A DNA stretch of 64,000 nucleotides from Tubiluchus corallicola. Taxonomy: Eukaryota > Animalia > Priapulida. Positions 54,261 through 64,000 of the stretch are shown piece after piece; the first letter of the stretch is position 1; the number at the start of each line of letters is the position of its first letter. The stretch lies in contig JAQGDQ010000944.1 of the NCBI GenBank assembly GCA_030141605.1, positions 1 through 64,000 on the forward strand, given 5' to 3'. The position numbers and the translations under genes are program-made. The notes under the pieces are model-generated. The model made no database searches and was not told where the DNA came from. It worked only from the letters and a program-made list of their open reading frames with translations.

Positions 54261-54552
54261 TCTCTGACATACGCTTTTCCAACCTGTCAATATGTTGTGC
54301 CACACTACTTTCGGATCCGGCTTTATGAGAATTAATTACGTAAGCTGCTAGCTCCTCCTTTGTGTAACGACCTCCAGCGAGTTCTGCCAGGTCTAGCGAT
54401 TTTAACTGTTCTACTGACATCATGCATAGGAAAATCAACTTAATAAATGCTTACAAAGGAGTTATTATTGTAATGACGTCACTAAATCGGAAACCTGAAG
54501 ACGTTTTTGTTGTTCTTTTTGAGAACTAGCACGATAATACGATACCTTGTAC

Positions 54553-55360
<808 letters not shown>

Positions 55361-56269
55361 CTATCTACGTGTAATGTACTATAACACAAAAAGATGCGAT
55401 CCAATAATCTTAAAGTACAACCAAACTTAAAGTACTAGGTGCAATGCACAATCACTAAGCACTTTAGTATGCAACAACTTCAAAATCATAGAAGATTTCA
55501 CAAAAATATTTAATCACCACGAGACCTGACCACCAGTTGGTTTTGTACGCATAAACGCATAATCTACCAGTCGTAGTCATTCATAATAAAGCTCTGTTTC
55601 TACTGTACTATACACGCAATAAGTTTTGAAAAATGGTTAAAATGTATAGATAGATCTAGAACTAGAGAAAGGATAGCGGAAAGACTATAAAGTCACCTAG
55701 TCTGCTATCCTTTACCGAATATAGATAAAAAGATTTTTTAGACACTGCTGGGCATTAATGTTATCAGTTTAATTTAGGAAACATTAGTAATTTTTAAAAT
55801 TATGACATTTGCTATATAATCTAGAGAAAAGAATATACATGTAGTTTAATTAGCGGGGCAACAAAATAAGGTCAATCTTGATTAAACTAAAAATTGCATT
55901 TAGATTTTATGTGAAATACAGGTCAAAATTGTTATGAAATGATAAAAACACTTTGGGTTAATAATGCTATTAATCCTTGTGGTAAAGTACTTCATTATTT
56001 GTACTGTGGATACACAATTTTAGAATACAAATGTTGTCTAGAAAAAGTGTTTTGATTGGATATTTCAAGTCCCGATTTGAGGGGCGCGTAGCATTTCTGT
56101 TGTTCAAAATTATGCAGCAACATTTGAACGACCCACTGTTAGTCCTTATCCATTATTTACGGGTAGGAACTGTGCAATTATTTCACTGAAGCTACACTCC
56201 ACTTGCAAAGTACAGTTGCTTTTACAGTTCCCACCACCACAAACTTACTAAATTAAGATTTTTAAGGCA

Positions 56270-56720
56270 TACCGAGTGGAAACGACAAATTTACATAGAC
56301 ACATGCAAACCAGAAGCGGTTAAAGATATATTGAAAATAAGACTGAATATGATTAAAGTTAAAGGGAACTACAAGAATAAGTTTAAGGATCAGTTATTAT
56401 GTCCAGTGTGCGGGGAAGATGATGATACTACTGAACATATGCTTAGATGTTACAGATATGGAGAATGGAAAAAATTTGAACTCAGATATATTAATGAACA
56501 GTGAAAAGGAAGGATTGCTAGAAATTAGAAATCTAGTGAATGAATGTATGGAATACAGGATAAAGACAAATAAAGACATTAAACTTGGAAAAGACAACTA
56601 AAAGATCAGTGTTATAGAAGAATAGACTTTGCACCCTATAAAGGTGCCTGCCTCTGATAGGTGGAGAGAGTCGAGTATCGCAATCGCATCGTATAACCCA
56701 CCCCTCGCGGGATAGTGACT
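56270..56720 (+). mobile_element. 5'-truncated LINE 3' fragment with CCHC-like motif
   Basis: Translates ILKIRLNMIKVKGNYKNKFKDQLLCPVCGEDDDTTEHMLRC. Confidence 0.6.
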
Positions 56721-56964
56721 GGAGTTCTAGCATGCTGTATCTACTGACAGAAAAACTGCTACCTGTCAAAACAGGAATGAATCACCAAACGCAGTGATTC
56801 AGAATAGCGGTTACTTTGACGGGAGTGTAAAGAGAATCTCGGAAACTACAGCTCGCACTTTGCACGAAGTTTTAGGCGTAGCTCTAGAGAAACTCGTGGC
56901 TAAGTAGATTATAGTTACTGTGTCTTAATTTTCAACATTCGTTTGACCATTCAAGCTTGCAAGT

Positions 56965-59832
<2,868 letters not shown>

Positions 59833-60245
59833 GTGTTTAAATGATGATGATGATGTGGGCTAATCTCCAATGGATTTATCATCATCATTATCATTTAATC
59901 GCTTAATATTCATCACTACTGCACTGTCTAATCATTGGTAGCCAAAAATTGTTGACCAAAAATTGTTGAATCATTTTGTGTTGAATCACTTTGTGTTAAA
60001 ATTGTTGAATCATTTTGTGTTCATTGATTTAAAGATTGCACTGTATTAACCCACATAATTATAATTCTGTTTGGCGAGTTTAAAATCAATAAAAAGTAAC
60101 CACAGTTTTGCAAAAAAAAAGTTGTTTAGAAGTTGTCACAACATTAAGAATGCTGCCTATGATTAATTTTGGTAACAGTCACTCGTGCACCGTAGAAGAA
60201 GAATAAAAATTATTTCATCAGTACCTACTAAGACTTTAAAAAGCA

Positions 60246-60502
60246 TCAGTGGTGACTTGTGTACAGGTACTGTGGAACAGCGGCAGGTACTGTGGAACAG
60301 CGGCACCCCCTATCAGTGGTGAGTTGTGTACAGGTACTGTGGAACAGCGGCACCCCCTATCAGTGGTGAGTTGTGTACAAGTACTGTGGAACAGCGGCAC
60401 CCCCTATCAGTGGTGAGTTGTGTACAGGTACTGTGGAACAGCGGCACCCCCTATCAGTGGTGAGTTGTGTACAGGTACTGTGGAACAGCAGCACCCCCTA
60501 TC
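60246..60502. repeat. ~47-bp tandem x5
   Basis: CAGTGGTGAGTTGTGTACAGGTACTGTGGAACAGCGGCACCCCCTAT repeated. Confidence 0.9.
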
Positions 60503-61075
60503 TTCACTCAAAATTATAGATAATATTTAATAAAATAATTTTTTTCTTATTAGCCTCAGTGTATGTGAGGCTTCACAGCCCAGCACAGTGTACTCCAGTA
60601 ATACGGTGTGCATTCGGCCATTGTCTGAGATAAGATGCTACACTGCTAGCGTCTGCTGCTAGGTAGAGAAAGTATTGTCACTCACAAAGTGTGTTGCCAG
60701 TTTTCACGTGCTTACCATAAATAAATCAAGCTGAACTGGAGCAATTTAGGATATTAGTAAGCAAAAAATAGTTTTTCGTTTAGGATTTTATCACGTTTAT
60801 GTGTAAACTTTCGTATGTTTGTTTGTTTAAGATTATCACAACGTTAAAATTGCATATGTTTGTTTCATTTTACACAGTATTAAAACAATAACTAAAAAGT
60901 CTTTGAAGCAGCACCCTCACTAATTTTAGCTACAAGGCAAATGCAACTGCATCTGAGATAAAGATGCTACACTGCCAGCGTCTGCTGCTAGGTAGAGAAA
61001 GTATTGTCACTCACAAAGTGTACTGTCAGTTTTCACGTGCTGAACTGCAGCAATTTAGGCTATTTAGGCAAATAC

Positions 61076-61883
61076 AACTTACGCGGTTTAAATACTGACG
61101 TCACAGTTTGTGCATCATTGAACTTACGCGGTTTAAATACTGACGTCACAGTTTGTGCATCATTGAACTTACGCGGTTTAAATACTGACGTCACAGTTTG
61201 TGCATCATTGAACTTACGTGGTTTAAATACTGACGTCACAGTTTGTGCATCATTGAACTTACGTGGTTTAAATACTGACGTCACAGTTTGTGCATCATTG
61301 AACTTACGTGGTTTAAATACTGACGTCACAGTTTGTGCATCATTGAACTTACGTGGTTTAAATACTGACGTCACAGTTTGTGCATCATTGAACTTACGTG
61401 GTTTAAATACTGACGTCACAGTTTGTGCATCATTGAACTTACGTGGTTTAAATACTGACGTCACAGTTTGTGCATCATTGAACTTACGTGGTTTAAATAC
61501 TGACGTCACAGTTTGTGCATCATTGAACTTACGTGGTTTAAATACTGACGTCACAGTTTGTGCATCATTGAACTTACGTGGTTTAAATACTGACGTCACA
61601 GTTTGTGCATCATTGAACTTACGTGGTTTAAATACTGACGTCACAGTTTGTGCATCATTGAACTTACGTGGTTTAAATACTGACGTCACAGTTTGTGCAT
61701 CATTAAACTTACGTGGTTTAAATACTGACGTCACAGTTTGTGCATCATTGAACTTACGTGGTTTAAATACTGACGTCACAGTTTGTGCATCATTGAACTT
61801 ACGTGGTTTATAAAACTGACGTCACAGTTTGTGCATCATTGAACTTACGTGGTTTAAATACTGACGTCACAGTTTGTGCATCA
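61076..61883. repeat. 45-bp tandem array (~18 copies) copied from a LOXHD1 exon 3' end plus its splice donor
   Basis: Minus-strand unit AATGATGCACAAACTGTGACGTCAGTATTTAAACCAC|GTAAGTTC. Confidence 0.95.
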
Positions 61884-62038
61884 TCTGCTGAGAAGACTTT
61901 AGTCGTTCGTCCATCGTCTTTGTCTTTGGCCAACCAGCAATGACACAAAAATGCATAATGTTTGCCCAAAGTTGGAAGATCTAATTCAACTTTTTCAACA
62001 AACCAACCGCTTTCAGTAGAGACGCCATCGTGTCCGAC
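61849..62038 (-). CDS. LOXHD1: LOXHD1-like exon (VGHDGVSTESGWFVEKVELDLPTLGKHYAFLCHCWLAKDKDDGRTTKVFSADDAQTVTSVFKP)
   Basis: PLAT C-terminal half; 190 nt, phase 0/1; missing from the ORF track. Confidence 0.88.
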
Positions 62039-62879
62039 CTACAAACAAAATCATACTACATGTAAGATTGTGTATACATATAAGATCCGAGGCTACAGCT
62101 GCGACGGCAGCACCATTAGCGGCGATCTATACATCAAACGAAAGGTCTCGATCTAGTGTCATGCCATTGGGGGTTTATTTTTCGAATAGGTATGAACAGG
62201 GGGCGAAAAACCTCCAAAAATGGCCATTTTTCGGCCGTTTTTTGCAAAAGTTATACGGCTGAGATCTGGAGAACGGGAATGGGCCAGGGGCGGTGCTGGC
62301 CATGGATAGATTGCCCGTTCAGCGGTGGGTGTCATAGGCATATTTAGAATTTGTGTATTATTATTGTGCAATTACAATTTTTCAAATCTAAACGGAATAT
62401 CTGATTTCAAAAAAAAATCATTGTAGACTTAGAGGGGGACAAGAAAAGGGGTACCTGAAGCAGGTTTCAGAAAAATTGCCTCAGAAAATGATATTACTTT
62501 ATACCAATTTTACGCGCGTGTCGTGTACTCGCATTGAAAGGAATTTTTGTTTTAAATCTCCCGCAATACTGTTTCCGACTCAGCATTACATGACGTCACT
62601 ATGCATAACGTACGTCAAGGGAAGAAAAGGCAATGCTAAACTGTGTAAAAAAAAATTTCCGTACAAATCTATATTACTTATCTAGATTAGCTGCTCGAAA
62701 GACTTACGTAACTAGAAATAGTAACTTAATGTTTGTGCCAATTGGTAAAATGTCACTGACTCGCTCTCCAGGGTGCGCCACTCACTAACCAAAAACGTAT
62801 TTTTAATCTTATTGACAAAATACAGTAATTTAATAATTTACTTAGTTAGTAACATGTTTAATTAGTTAGTAACATTTTA

Positions 62880-63325
62880 TCTGTGTTATTTTTTCTGGGA
62901 TCATTTTTTCCTATGCCATTTTACCCGTGCCATTTTTACCTGTGCCATTTTTACTTGTGCCATTTTTACCTGTGCCATTTTATCTGTGCCATTTTACCTG
63001 TGTTATTTTTTCTGGGGTCATTTTTTCCTATGCCATTTTGCCCATGCCATTTTTACTTATGCCATTTTTACCTGTGGCATTTTACCTGTGTTAATTTTTC
63101 TGGGGTCATTTTTCCCTATGCCATTTTGCCCGTGCCATTTTTACTTGTGCCATTTTTACCTGTGCCATTTTACCTGTGTTAATTTTTCTGGGGTCATTTT
63201 TCCCTATGCCATTTTGCCCGTGCCATTTTTACTTGTGCCATTTTACCTGTGTCATTTTTACTTGTGCCATTTTACCTGTGTCATTTTTACCTGTGCCATT
63301 TTTACCTGTGTCATTTTTACCACAT
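62880..63325. repeat. TGTGCCATTTTTACC minisatellite
   Basis: Same family as 16910-17150. Confidence 0.85.
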
Positions 63326-63679
63326 GGCGTCCAGACAGCAAAAGTGGCACATTGTTTGATATACAGTTTCATGCACTATAAGCCAGTCTTTACCGCTCAA
63401 CAACACGGCCTATTACTACGTTAAATAGCAGCGGCGCGACTACAAAAATGATTCGTCACCAAGAACAAAATCTAAGATGAGGCACTGAACCAACACGGGT
63501 GCTTGATCACGTTTTGATATCATCCTCCCTCAACTGCTAGAAGAATGGCAGGATGCAGTATGTCAGATTAAACTGCTAAGAACAATTTTCCTGTGGTCAC
63601 CCATCCATTTACTAACTAGGGACATATTGACTTTGTAGCTCTATGAAAAAACTTTGATATTCCTTGCCATAAAAATTAC

Positions 63680-63885
63680 CTCTAACTTCTTTACTTCTCC
63701 GACATCCAATGCATCAAACGAGCAAGTCTCCACAGAACCACGTTTAAATCCTTCGCCACCAGATGGCTCTAACAATAATCTTCCGGTGTGCCGCTTCTTA
63801 GTACCAAAAACTTTTATCCAGGCCTGGCTGGTTGTTCCGTCGTCCTTCCCTTTTCCGGTCGTCACGTGTACATTGTACGGAATTG
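63680..63885 (-). CDS. LOXHD1: LOXHD1-like exon (IPYNVHVTTGKGKDDGTTSQAWIKVFG...LDVGEVKKLE); gene continues beyond the window
   Basis: PLAT N-terminal half; 206 nt, phase 1/0. Confidence 0.88.
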
Positions 63886-64000
63886 CTTTAAAATAAAACA
63901 CAAACAAGTAAACAAAATGGCGGACCAACATTTTGATCTCATTTTTATTAAGCTAAAAGCTATGCATCCTCCTCATGAGGAACTTTGGTAGAAATACTGC

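Larger units (their letters stand above)
47700..54480 (-). mobile_element. Near full-length decayed LINE (ORF1 plus APE-RT ORF2) with nested insertions
   Basis: ORF1 pieces at 54438-54260, 53676-53494, 53011-51301 and 50854-50810; ORF2 pieces from 50786 to 47827. Outer boundaries are approximate. Confidence 0.85.

Overview
AT-rich, repeat-dense genomic window from an invertebrate animal; it has spliceosomal introns and no prokaryotic features. Three gene sets can be reconstructed by hand. (1) A two-exon Sp5/buttonhead zinc-finger gene (minus, 3679-7369) with a TCF/helper/GC-box promoter. (2) The last 11 exons of a LOXHD1-like multi-PLAT gene (minus, 25954 to beyond 63885), all splice phases compatible. 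(3) Inside one ~22-kb LOXHD1 intron (39863-61848): a replication-dependent histone quartet (H2A/H2B and H3/H4 divergent pairs, no H1), a decayed LINE carrying nested insertions, and an antisense 5-exon alpha-tubulin lacking Lys40. The rest is SINEs, MITEs (piggyBac-, Kolobok-, hAT-, Harbinger-like), foldbacks, microsatellites and more than 20 unrelated minisatellites. The most unusual signals are tandem arrays grown from functional local sequence (Sp5 stop codon, two LOXHD1 exon ends with their splice donors, LINE ORFs, MITE ends) and an extended histone downstream element shared by all four histone genes. Most long ORFs in the supplied track are repeat translations. All calls come from reading the sequence; no searches were run.
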